Below are positions 11,678 through 22,767 of a DNA stretch of 37,870 nt, in pieces. The DNA is taken from positions 1 to 37,870 of the forward strand of contig JALAGF010004099.1 in NCBI GenBank assembly GCA_030167865.1, in the 5' to 3' direction. The stretch is from Craspedostauros australis. Taxonomy: Eukaryota. Position numbers and translations under genes: made by a program. How positions within the stretch are numbered: the first letter of the stretch is position 1; every line of letters begins with the position of its first letter. A model generated the notes under the pieces. It made no database searches and was not told the DNA's origin. It saw only the letters and a list, made by a program, of their open reading frames with translations.

Positions 11678-13926
11678 ATGATGGCCGGTGCACTCGTTGA
11701 GCTGCCGGAGAGCGTCCAAGGTCAGCTGGCCGTCGTACTGATCGGGATCTACCTCGTGTACCATCTGCTGTCCTCATGGAACGTTGCCCACCATGCGATC
11801 GTCTACTCTGAGTACCTGCTGACATTGCCTGCCTCCATCGAGGACCGTGTGGTGCTGACGGACGTGGAGACGACGGATGACGGCGTTCAGGGCGACGCCT
11901 GCAAGGAGGCCATGCTGGTCGACCCGAAGCGGCCCACGATCCTCAACTGCTACGACCCGTCCACGCAGCAAAAGCTCGGAGAGGTGCCAAACATGAACGC
12001 AGAGCAGGTCCATGCCATGCTGGTGAAGGCCAAGGCCGCGCAGCAGGAGTGGAAGAAGACGACGTTCAAGCAACGACGCCAAGTTCTGCGAACGATGCAG
12101 GCATACATTTGCAAGCACGTGGAAGACATCTGCAGGGTTTCCGCGCGAGAGTCTGGAAAGCCCAAAGTGGACGCCGTGGTGGGAGAGATCATCACGACTT
12201 GCGAGAAACTGCGCACGATCATTGCCAACGGTGAGCTATGGTTGCAGCCGCAGTACCGCGCCACAGGGCCCATGATGATGCACAAGACAGCGTGGGTGGA
12301 GTATGTGCCTTTGGGCATCATCGCACCCATCGCTCCATGGAATTATCCATTCCACAATGTGGTACGTCCATGCTCTGAGGGAGCATCCAAAAAGATGTCC
12401 CAAATTTGTTCGCCAAGGCCGTGTGTGGCGATTGCGTGCTGTGTTGAACTATTGCGGCGCTGGATCTCCATCCATCCTGACCTCTTTGCCCCTTCAATCT
12501 GTTACACCTGTTCATTTCTTGACTCCCCCGGTACATTGGAACGTTGATGTTACGCATGGATCGGCCGCAATCAGATGAACCATGTCATCAGTGGTTTGAT
12601 GGCAGGCAACGCCGTAGTTGGTAAGGTTTCCGAGCATGCCTCGTGGAGTTCGCAGTTCTTCGGATCCATCATCCAAGAGGCGTTGAAGGTGAATGATCAC
12701 AATCCAGATCTGGCTCAGATTGTCACTGGAATGGCCGAGGCAGGGCAGGCACTCGTGTCTGATCCGTTGGTGGACAAGGTCATCTTCACTGGCTCCACAC
12801 CAATTGGCAGAAAGGTCATGCAAGGAGCATCGGCCAACCTCACGCCCGTCATTTTGGAGCTCGGTGGAAAGGACGCGATGGTCGTGATGGATGATGTCAA
12901 TGTAGACACTGCCATTCCATGGGTGATGCGTGGCTGCTTCCAAAACTCGGGTCAGAATTGCGTCGGAGTTGAACGCGTCGTGGTGTACGAATCCGTCCAC
13001 GACGAGTTTTTGGACAAAATCCTTCCCAGGGTCAAGGAACTGAGGCAGGGAATCCCATTGGCATGCTACGGTGCTGATGGCAAAGTTGACTGCGGCAGCA
13101 TGATCATGCCACAGCAAATCGATATCGTGCAGGCACTCGTTGATGACGCAGTGAAGAAGGGTGCCAAGTTGCACTGCGGTGGCAAGCGCAACTCCGGTTT
13201 GGAGGGGCAGTTCTTCGAACCGACTGTGCTGAGGTACGTTGCACGGGACTTCCATGCTGCACCTAATGTTCTCGCGCGACTTCGCATGTGCACGTGTGTT
13301 TCGCTCTGCCAAGTTGCGCCATGTTGCACAACGTATTATCCACTCATCAAATCTCAGCACCCACGTTTTGTTTTCATGCATTTTCTTGCACATGGCGGCA
13401 TGCCGACGTACTACCCTATTGCGACAACAAATGTAGTGGTGTGACGTCGGAGATGGAGATCTTTCACAACGAGGTGTTTGGTCCAGTCATGACCATCATC
13501 AAGGTCCCAGGCGATAGCGACGACAAGTGTGTGGAGATCGTGAACAACTGCGATTTCGGACTTGGATCGTCGCTCTTCTCCGGCAGCGTCTCACGTGGGC
13601 TTTCCGTTGGTCGCAAGTTCCGAACGGGCATGTTGTCCGTCAACGATTATGCATCCAACTACCTGGTCCAGTCTCTGCCGTTCGGTGGCGTGAAGGAAAG
13701 CGGCTTCGGTCGTTTCGCTGGCATCGAAGGCCTTCGGGCGTTGTGTCTGGAGCGCAGCATTGTCGCGGATGCCTACGGCATCAAGACTGCGATTCCAAAG
13801 CCCATCGACTACCCCATCGACATGGACAAAGGTTTTCCGTTCGTGGAGAGCCTCGTTCAGTTGTTCTACAGCGAGAGCCTGTTGGACAAGATTCGTGGTA
13901 TCGTTGGCCTCATCAAGTTTGGATGA
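11678..13926 (+). CDS. Aldehyde dehydrogenase, ALDH22A1/Msc7-like, with N-terminal membrane anchor; 3 exons (11678-12361, 12575-13233, 13437-13926), ~610 aa
   Basis: Introns 12362-12574 (GTACGT..TCAG) and 13234-13436 (GTACGT..GTAG) restore one frame. ALDH motifs: PWNYPF, FTGST, catalytic ELGGK and SGQNC, EVFGPV, LPFGGVKESGFGRFAG. The N-terminus carries a hydrophobic segment. Confidence 0.92.
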
Positions 13927-14454
13927 TGATGACGGCGTGCACAAAGAAGGTGAAGATGAGGATGAGGGAGAAAACAACAACAACAGAAACGACCAACAGT
14001 CAACATCGAAGATCGCCGCCAATGTCAATGCCAATGCATCCAGCTTGTTCACCCTTTTGATGCAGACGACCCCCCGCAGTCATACGGCCATGGTATCAAG
14101 CAAGCCTCATTCAATCTTGGCAACTATTATATGTTTACAGTTGAGTGTGGAATCCTTCACAAATAGCAACTTCCGTACTGTACGCACGCTGGTGGATGCC
14201 CTGTTCCACTCTTTCGATGGTACAAATGCTGGACAAGATGATGCTAAACCATATAATATCATACTGGCATCCATGATCTCTAGAGTGGGATTCTGGAACA
14301 GAGCATATGCTTGAATACAAACATTACGACCTATGCGGATGGTCGACTCCTGGGGGTAGTATTAGCTGCGAGGATGGCGCTTCGAGCGGGTATGGTTACT
14401 TTGAAGCTCCTATTCTGCTTCCGATTACATCGTTCCCACCAGAACATTGACACA

Positions 14455-16132
14455 TTATGCGAGATCCTTCGCCATTTCTCCAAGCACGTTGTCAAGGCCA
14501 GAGACAATGTCGTCGTCACTTGCATCCTCGGCAATCGTCTTGGCTGCTTCTGCCATGATGCGCTGCGCGGCTCTGCGCTTGCCAATCAGCGAGTCATCCG
14601 ACAGGATCAGGGTGAACCGATCTGGACTCTTGACGTAGTTGACAGTCTGCTCGCGGCCTTCCAGCAGGACGAACAATCCGTCCTTGCCCATAGTGGCAAC
14701 GGCATCTGCAGCAAAAATGATGACTTCGCCCTGGGTGACTTCGGCGACTGTCGGGATGTTCTTCGAGACAAGCGGGGATTTGAGTGTGGTGTTCTGCACC
14801 TGCGACACCATGAGGTCCAAGCCAAGACCGTTGATGTGGGTGTCGTACTTCTCACCGTCAAACTTGCCAAAGGAGAGCATTCCGATGAAAGAAGCAAGGT
14901 TTTCCTTCGTCAGAGCTCTCTCTTTGTCGAATCCATCCAAATCGCTTTGCTGTTCGCACCATGTGGCCGCCAGCAGGGTGACGCTGCGGAAGATATTACC
15001 ATTGGACCAGGTCATCACTTTCTTGCCTTCGTCCGTTTCGAGCTTCTGGCGCAGCTTTGTGACCGTTGTTCCCTACGAGTGCAGACCCATGGCAAACAAT
15101 GAAGGTACCGTATGTACCATACAAGCAAGTTTGTAAGAGGGAATATCGGTGATGGAGCGTGGCGGGTTGGTCGCAGTGTTCGTTGCGAATTGTGAATTGC
15201 GAAATGTGGATTTGCATGTGCGTGAGTCTGTATTCATTGGAGGAGTAGCGTAAACGCACTGCTGCAGAAGAATACGGCATGCGGTATCGTCTTGCGGATG
15301 GATGCACTTGCACGTCCACAGACTTCGCTGCATGATGTCGGCCCATCGGCTCAATTCTGCAAGGCCCAACAATGCGACGCTTACCTTTCCCGTTCCTGAC
15401 AAGCCACAAAGCACGATGACAGATCCAGCACCGGAATCGGATGATCCCTTGTCCTTCACGGAGGCAAGGATCTCGCCTGCCACCTGGTCTGGTGATTTCC
15501 CAAGCACATCAATCTGGTGTGGGGTTTTGAAGGTTGTTGTTTCGTTCGGATTCAGTGTTCATCGCCAGGCACGTACAGTGAGGAGCCCTCGCATGCATTG
15601 CGAGATATAGTATAAGAAGAAGGGCGGAAAGCAGAAATTGATGAGATGTTGGTCATTGGTGACGAAGTGCGCTTGCGTTCAGCTGATGTTGGCACACCAA
15701 GCGAACATCGCATGGGTATGCCATGCTCGCGGAGGACTCCAGTTTGTCTCCAGTACACGAGCATACCATGGCATTAGCAATGGAACATGCTGTCGTTGCA
15801 TTGGTTGCCTTGATAGGTTGGATAGCGACGTTGATGCATGCATGTGGAGGAATAGCAGAGTTCTCTACGCTGCTCTGCTCTGTTCTGTTCTGCTCTGATC
15901 GATTTACCTTCTTGTATGGTTCTGGGACGTAGTCTGGGTCGATGACGCCCTTGGACTTGGCAAAGTCGATTCCTTTCTGCAGCTTCTCGCCATCCTCATT
16001 GTCGCGGTCCATGGTGAGCTTGCCTTCGTACTCGGCCAACGACTGGAAGAGCTCCGATTCCTTCCAGTGCTCTATCAGCGCATTGGATGTCTCAGCATTC
16101 TGCTTCTGCAGGAGGTCGTACGTGATCGCCAT
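14455..16132 (-). CDS. Cytidylate (CMP) kinase-like P-loop NMP kinase, apparently circularly permuted; 3 exons (16132-15908, 15513-15385, 15072-14455), ~323 aa
   Basis: Phase-0 introns 15907-15514 (GTAAAT..CCAG) and 15384-15073 (GTAAGC..GTAG). Splicing rebuilds the Walker A motif VIVLCGLSGTGK|GTT. Downstream NGNIFRSVTL, VLLEGRE and IGKRRAAQ resemble Cmk-family motifs. Confidence 0.75.
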
Positions 16133-16881
16133 GGCGCTTGTCGTGATGTATCCTGGAGTGGAGTATGCGTATGGGTATGGGTATGCGTATGCGTATGTAA
16201 GTTCTGCCAACGTCTCAAGAAGTTTGGAAGTTTGTGAGATGCTTCCTCGGTTGGTTTGGAGATGCCTAGAACCTTGCAAATGGCACAATGGAGAATCGAT
16301 GAGAGCACCTCGTCGGAGTACCACTCTGTATCGTAGTCGTACAACACACGGAGTGTGTTGGGCTGCCAATGAAAGCACCCACGGAGAGTCTTCGTTTGAT
16401 GATGTGCTTCGGTGTGCGAAGAGGAAAGGCCGGTGTTGTTGGAGATGATGCTGTATTTGTCGTTTTTGGTGCGGCGAGACGGTCATCGTGTGGTTTTCTC
16501 CTTTTTTGTCGAGAAAAGTGCGAGGATTCTTGTTGTTGCTCATCCTCACACGATCCGCCTTTGGAAGTACCGTCAAATAATATGTTAAGCGAAGTTTTTG
16601 TTGCGGTTCGGGTTGTTGGCATCAAAGAAGAACCATGTTGCATACTGTTTGTCATTATTACAGACTGTCCATCATGCGTGTGGTGTTGAGCACCGTCTGG
16701 CCGCAAGCCGAGAGCGCCACAAATGAAAGAAACGAACAGAACAATCCCAACACAAACACAGACACATCGATCACAACCGAACCAGCAACACCCATTGTCA
16801 CCATCGCCGCTATTGTCGTCATTGTCGCGACCACAACAACGGCGGTGACGCAACACGTTTGAAGATCGCCGAAGGACGAAC

Positions 16882-16934
16882 CAACTCAACTCAACTCAAC
16901 TCAACGCACTCAACTCAACTCAACTAAACTCAAC
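16882..16934. repeat. (CAACT)n pentanucleotide repeat just upstream of the PAM18 start
   Basis: About 10 near-perfect CAACT units. Confidence 0.9.
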
Positions 16935-16966
16935 ACATCCCCCTTCTTCCAACCCACAACAAGACC

Positions 16967-17776
16967 ATGATTCCACGAAGGTTCCCGACAATGGTCGGAC
17001 GCGCGTTGCGTGGGTCTGTCTCCGCACCATCCAGCATGGCGCCATCAAGACCCGCAGCAGCATTGACAGCGCAACCTTTTCTCCGCGATGTTACCCGCTC
17101 CGCATCCTTGATGTCGTCGTCGCCGTCGTCTCGATTCGTCATGAAGACACCTTCGATGAGGCAATCAATTTCAGCGTGCGCAGATCTCCCGCTTTCTTGG
17201 GGATCAGACTTCAGAAGAAGGCAGGACGACGAGAGGGACAGCAACCAGATGAGAGCACTCCAGATTCGGTCTTTCCACTCAACCCCATCCAATGATAGGG
17301 CCGTTGCCATCATCTTGGGACTCGGCACAGTTTCCGCCACTGCCTACGCTGGGGCTGCCGCCCTGCGATCATACCGCGAATGGAAGGCGATGCAGCCGTC
17401 GGAGGAGGAGCTGGAAGAGCAGCGCAAAACGGACCAGGCTGAAGCAGCCAAGCAGAATATGGAGAATGACCAGCAGCAGCAACAACAGGCCCGAGATTCA
17501 AAGAGCAGCGGTGATGGCCAACGTACCAATATTTTCAAGGAATGGTTCGGTGTTGGGGTCGGTGCGCAGTTCTACCAGGGCGGCTTCGAGGACACCATGA
17601 CACGACGCGAGGCTGCGCTCATCTTGGGAGTGCGAGAGAGCACGTCGGCGAAGCGGATCAAGGAGGCTCATAGGAAGTTGCTGGTCCTCAATCACCCGGA
17701 TACTGGCGGTTCCACCTACATGGCTGGCAAGATCAACGAAGCCAAAGAGCTGCTTCTGAAGAACAAGGCGAAATGA
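16967..17776 (+). CDS. PAM18: Mitochondrial import motor J-protein Pam18/Tim14 (DNAJC19-like), 269 aa
   Basis: Arg/Ser-rich presequence ending at RSF|HS, one TM segment ([18 protein letters not shown]), and the diagnostic [21 protein letters not shown]...[29 protein letters not shown]. Confidence 0.95.
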   Translation: MIPRRFPTMVGRALRGSVSAPSSMAPSRPAAALTAQPFLRDVTRSASLMSSSPSSRFVMKTPSMRQSISACADLPLSWGSDFRRRQDDERDSNQMRALQIRSFHSTPSNDRAVAIILGLGTVSATAYAGAAALRSYREWKAMQPSEEELEEQRKTDQAEAAKQNMENDQQQQQQARDSKSSGDGQRTNIFKEWFGVGVGAQFYQGGFEDTMTRREAALILGVRESTSAKRIKEAHRKLLVLNHPDTGGSTYMAGKINEAKELLLKNKAK

Positions 17777-18101
17777 AGAATTTAAAGCATGAGGAATATT
17801 CTTTGCGCTGTAGCCCTACATACGGGTGCGAACATCCCCGTGTCCATTAGAGGAGTTTCCTGCTCTTGCTGCTGTGGACCTGTGGTGATTGGTGGTGACA
17901 TGTGCAACAGAATGCAATCGGAGTACCGTACTCTGCAGTAAATATCTACAACTCTACCCCACCATGTTCTCCAAGCATGTGGTTGGACTCGAAGTACTCT
18001 TGCTATCTGCCCTCTGCTATCTTCCGAGAGGGGGAGAGAAAGAGAGAGATGGTGCAGATGGCGCGGCTGGTACGAACCACCGCCACAGTGGATGGACGTC
18101 C

Positions 18102-18130
18102 GAATGGAATGGAATGGAATGGAAGGGAAT
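18102..18130. repeat. (GGAAT)n pentanucleotide repeat
   Basis: About 5-6 units read directly from the sequence. Confidence 0.85.
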
Positions 18131-18346
18131 AGAGCAACCACTAAGTTAGTTCCTGTGCTATGAGGAGTTTCAAAATAGCATCAGCCATCACAACAACGCG
18201 CACTTTTTCTCGACCACACAAACACCACGTGTGACCAGCGACGGCATCAAGCTCATCCTGTTTGCGCAACACAACGCGACAACAGAGTTGGAGGGAAGCA
18301 CTATAGTACATGCCACCAGTACCACACAATACATACACAACCAACA

Positions 18347-19510
18347 ATGACAACCAATGCAAGCAACGCTGGCAGCAATGATGGCGATGAACGTAGCGAT
18401 GAACGTGGCGATGCACGCGGCACAGTCGCAAAGGCGATCGATGATTCGTTGACAGCCAACTGCATCGTCGAGGAGCTCACATTCCAAGACAGCCGAAGTG
18501 AAGAAGCTGGCGATCCATCTACGGGTGCGAGTGCCTTGACGTCGAATGATACTGTTCAGGATGGCGGGGCCGTCACAGTCAGGATATACAGCGCGACGAC
18601 CACAACGGGGTGCAACTTGACCGGAGAAGGCAGGGATCTCACGGGCATCATGGTCTGGCCTGCAACGTATGTGCTGTGCCAGCACGCCGCCTTCCACAGC
18701 TTCGGGTCGACGGTCGTGGAGCTGGGGTGCGGGGTCGGGATGGTGGGAGCCGTGGCCATGCGGAGCCAAGGCTGGACAAGTGCATCTGCATCGTCCGAAG
18801 TGACCCGTTTGTGGATTTCGACGGATCGCGACAGGAATGCACTGGAGATGTGTCGAAAGAATTTCGCGGCAAACGCCCTGGAGCAGACCACGGAATCGAG
18901 CTTGGATGATGGTTTCAGGCCCCATAATGATCCTGCACCGAATCCTGTCTATGACGTGCAATACTTGAGCTGGGGTGATGCGATGTCGATGGATGCCATC
19001 AAACAGAGACGGAGTGAGCTGTTGCCGACCGATGATGCCAACAGCAGTCGATTTGATGCCGTTGTGGCTGCCGACATCGTGTACCCCTCAACCTGCGGCG
19101 TGGTACTAACAGCGATGTTTGATACGGTTGATGCGCTGCTGCGTTCCGGTGGGATATTCTGGCTTTCCTTTGCATCCAGGGATGGTGCGCGGACGCCCGC
19201 GAAGTTGATCGACGCTGCCAGTGATGCGGGTTTCGCCATCGACGCCAAGCCACCGTTGAGCGATGCTGAACGCTCAAGGTTACCTCCGCTGCTGGATGCC
19301 CGGCTACTGATGCTGACACGTCATGACGATGCGAGACGACGCAACGATGCATTGGGACGAGTTGATTGCCACATATTTCCTGGTTTGCAGGAAAAGCTCG
19401 ATCGCTTGAACGAAAGCTCGAGCGACGAGGAATGGGTTGCTCCGTACTTCGAAGATGACATGTCCGACGAGGATGATCCTAGCGACGTCGGCGATCAGCA
19501 GCCATGTTAG
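18347..19510 (+). CDS. SAM-dependent protein methyltransferase, METTL21/Methyltransf_16 family, 387 aa
   Basis: TGIMVWPATYVL, motif I VVELGCGVG, post-I STD, YLSWG and FDAVVAADIVY (DxxY) are the typical MTF16-family motifs. Confidence 0.88.
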   Translation: MTTNASNAGSNDGDERSDERGDARGTVAKAIDDSLTANCIVEELTFQDSRSEEAGDPSTGASALTSNDTVQDGGAVTVRIYSATTTTGCNLTGEGRDLTGIMVWPATYVLCQHAAFHSFGSTVVELGCGVGMVGAVAMRSQGWTSASASSEVTRLWISTDRDRNALEMCRKNFAANALEQTTESSLDDGFRPHNDPAPNPVYDVQYLSWGDAMSMDAIKQRRSELLPTDDANSSRFDAVVAADIVYPSTCGVVLTAMFDTVDALLRSGGIFWLSFASRDGARTPAKLIDAASDAGFAIDAKPPLSDAERSRLPPLLDARLLMLTRHDDARRRNDALGRVDCHIFPGLQEKLDRLNESSSDEEWVAPYFEDDMSDEDDPSDVGDQQPC

Positions 19511-22008
19511 CACTGAGCCTGACAAACACGCGCACATGCAGCACTTATTCGAGCCGAGTGTTCGTGTGCTCGTGTGATCGCCAGCTACCTACAATGATGA
19601 TTGCTGTGGACGCGAATACACTTCACGAGTGGTGAGAACGAGGAGATTTCGTACGGTGCTCAACAATGTCATTACTCTGGCGTTGCTCCGAAAGAAAACG
19701 GACACATGCCACTAAGCCAAGTTCAAAGCATCTGCGATAATAAAAAAGTCTATTGGTACCGAAGAGGATACTCGAAGAACAAAGTGCGGAGAGATAGTAG
19801 TGCCGTGCAGTTTGCCTCCCTATGGTGCATTCCGCGGGCCTCGGCATCATGTAATGCTTGGTCTACCGTCGGGCACCAAACCACCAGTCGCAATCTCACA
19901 GAGTGTGCGGCTCATCATGCACGAGTGTGTAGGTATGGTATTTGTAGACACCGCATGTTACGAGCATGAGGGGGTGTACTCGTAAATCTCCCAACATTGT
20001 CGCCGTCCATCCCTCAAATTGTACCTCTCTGCCCTCCTCTCTTGCTCTCTCTCTCTCTGCCCATGTGTGTGTGCTCTCTTTGTCCTTGTGAGTGTCCACT
20101 CGCACGCACTTTCTCTTGTGACCGCTGCGGTACCTCGCAGTCCCACCATGACCCGAGCTGATGTGAAATCATGGGCATTCCACTCAAACAAACAAGCAAG
20201 GCACGTGGAGGAGTGATTGCGGAATGGAAGTATCAGTTCTTTGACATCAGCCATCTGGCACGACTGCTTCACGACGATCCAATCAGAGCATCCTCGGTGC
20301 GGGTGTCGGTTTCAGATCCGCAGACATTCGTGTCGGTTGCCGCCCTTTTGCAGCAGACCGCGTCAAATCGAATTGAATCGCATTGGGCTGCATCGAGAAC
20401 AGGGCTGGAGCAAAAAGGTGGCGGGGTGGAGGAAGACAGCAGCGCCTTTGGTGTGTCATTTCGTTCTTTGGTGGGTTTGGGACAAAATGGGTTCGCAATG
20501 TTGGTGGGAACGCATGACTCAAAACCTCGGAAGAGGCGGGAGTCCGCGCACGTCGAAATATTTTGTCTGTTGCTGACAAAATGGCCTCGTTTGTTCATGT
20601 CAGACGGACGCAGATGAGACATCGTTCAATTTGCACTCATAACTGCTTTGATGTCGCATCTGCAGGTGCAGCGCGCATCGACACAGCGCAACAGGCTCAA
20701 TTCCGCCAGATGCAGTCATGGATGCATATGTAGTTCTGGGTCAAGTAGATGTCTGATCGTTGATGATCGTATTGATGTGTGGTTATATTGTATTGATTCG
20801 AATGCCAAGGACTGCTCCCGCCCAGCCACATGTTTGTGACGGCGACAGTACTTAAAGTGCATCAGTGGGGCGCAATTCGAGACGAGGAACGCCACCCAGC
20901 GGATCCTCCGACCAACAACACACATGGTGGCCACACAATGGAGGTGCCGCCCCCAGCCCCTTTGTTTGGTGTCCTTGTTTCCTCTCCTGTTCCTGTTTCT
21001 CCAGTTTCGAACGGCCACGGTTACTTGAGTGCGCTTTCCGACGACAACTCTTCGCATCGTAACACAACCAAAAACAGTTCCAACCAGCACACAGGACAAC
21101 AGCGACAGCATATCGCAGACCAACCAACGAGGACGACAAACGGAGGACTGCTCGATCAATCACTCAGTCAGTCAGCCAGCCAGCCAGCCAGCCAGTCAGA
21201 AAGACAACCCAATCGAGGCAGCGATCAGCCGAAGCAAGCAGTCACGAGATCTTGTGGATTACTATTCTGCGACGCAGCCAGGCAGCAAACATCCGAGCAA
21301 ACCAAGGACACTCAAACCACGAAGAAGCTTCGATCGGACAACAGAGCAGTACATACCAATACTCCACTCGCATTACCATACATCCTCGCATACACCTCGC
21401 GCAGCCATCAGTTTGTACCCTCATCCTTTCATTCACTATCTTGCGCTGTGCTGCTGTGTGGGCATTGTCACACTGATTGACGTTATCAATATTGGCAGAA
21501 GACAGAAGACGGAAGACGGAAGATACAATAGAACGCAGCGCCACGCAGACTGACGGCTGAGCTCTCACCAGACACAATATCATCTCCTCAGTCAAGCATT
21601 CGCTGCAGCAAAGGCAACGGCAGCAACAACGCCAGCGGTGTCAAAGGTCAGAGAGTCGAGAAGACCAGAGTGCACTGCTCTATATACTACGATCAACGAA
21701 TAGCACCGAATCCGATCAGTTCCTCGGAGATATTGGCAGCATCATCGCCACCCAAGCGCAGCCATCTCTACATCTCCACACCTTCTACTTCGCGCTACAA
21801 GACGCTACAACAGCAAAGACGGCTACTTTATCCACTACGCAGGAGATCGAGTCGAAGATCAAGACTCCACAGCGTGAGACTGTTCCCGTCGCTTCCCTTC
21901 AGGTCGCATCACACCACACCCACATCATCACACCACGCTACACCACACAACACGACATAACACGAGCGCTCTACTTGTGCCACACTTGCAGGAGTACATG
22001 ACGAGGTA

Positions 22009-22050
22009 AGGCAAGGCAAGGCATGGCGAGGCAAGGCATGGCGAGGCAAG
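22009..22050. repeat. Degenerate (AGGCA/TGGCG) pentamer array
   Basis: AGGCAAGGCAAGGCATGGCGAGGCAAGGCATGGCGAGGCAAG, immediately after a GTAAG donor-like site at 22006. Confidence 0.8.
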
Positions 22051-22767
22051 TCACACGCACTGGGAGTTCTCAGCACAGCTACAATCAAGTCAATCGGTTC
22101 TGAGCGCCGCAGACGGCTGCCTCAACTGTGGGAAGTGACACCAACTACCACCGACGAGTTCAACGTCCATTTCCGCGTTCTGCGATTGTGTCTGTGTCTG
22201 CGTGTGCACGAGCGGCTTGTATCGACGGATGGGGTGACGACATGTTTCGCCCAGACGGACACCCCAAACGCACTGCGCACAAAACCTGGCATGCTCTGGT
22301 GGTACTCTGCTGTGCGTGGCCGACAGTCTTGTGTTGTGGACTCGCGCACTGTCGTTGCACATCAAGCGGAATGAAGTTTTGGGCCTCAAATGAGGTTGAT
22401 TCCTGTTGCTTTGTCGTTCCGTGCATGGGAAAGCCAACCATCGTCCACCACCAACCATTCCTCGCCTCACCTGATCTATTCTGACCTTGCCGTATGATGC
22501 CTCGCCTGACTGTACCTTGCCTGACTGTATCTTATCTCACCAAAACTCACTTCCGCATCATCGAATCGACCTCCGCTGTCGTGTTTCCATCTGTGCGATC
22601 CTTTCCAGATCCTTGAACACAACGCGCACGCACGTAGAATACTATTTTCCGCCAGCAGGACGAGAGGCAACATTGCTGTTTGACTAAAATTGACCATGGG
22701 AGGTGCTTCGGCTCGAAGAGGTGCAGTTACAAATCCAGACTCGACAACGAGGGAGGTCGTTTCCGCC

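Noticed and set aside
13760-14314. Overlapping ORF with an acidic/Asn-rich tail past the ALDH stop codon
   Set aside because: The ALDH ends normally at 13926. The tail is explained by GAT/AAC triplet-rich 3'UTR sequence, with no slippery site or splice support.
14311-15102. 263-aa plus-strand ORF
   Set aside because: Antisense shadow of the kinase exon 3.
2037-17776. Two J-domain genes in one window as a chaperone cluster
   Set aside because: They belong to different J-protein classes and compartments and lie 12 kb apart; J proteins are numerous in eukaryotes.
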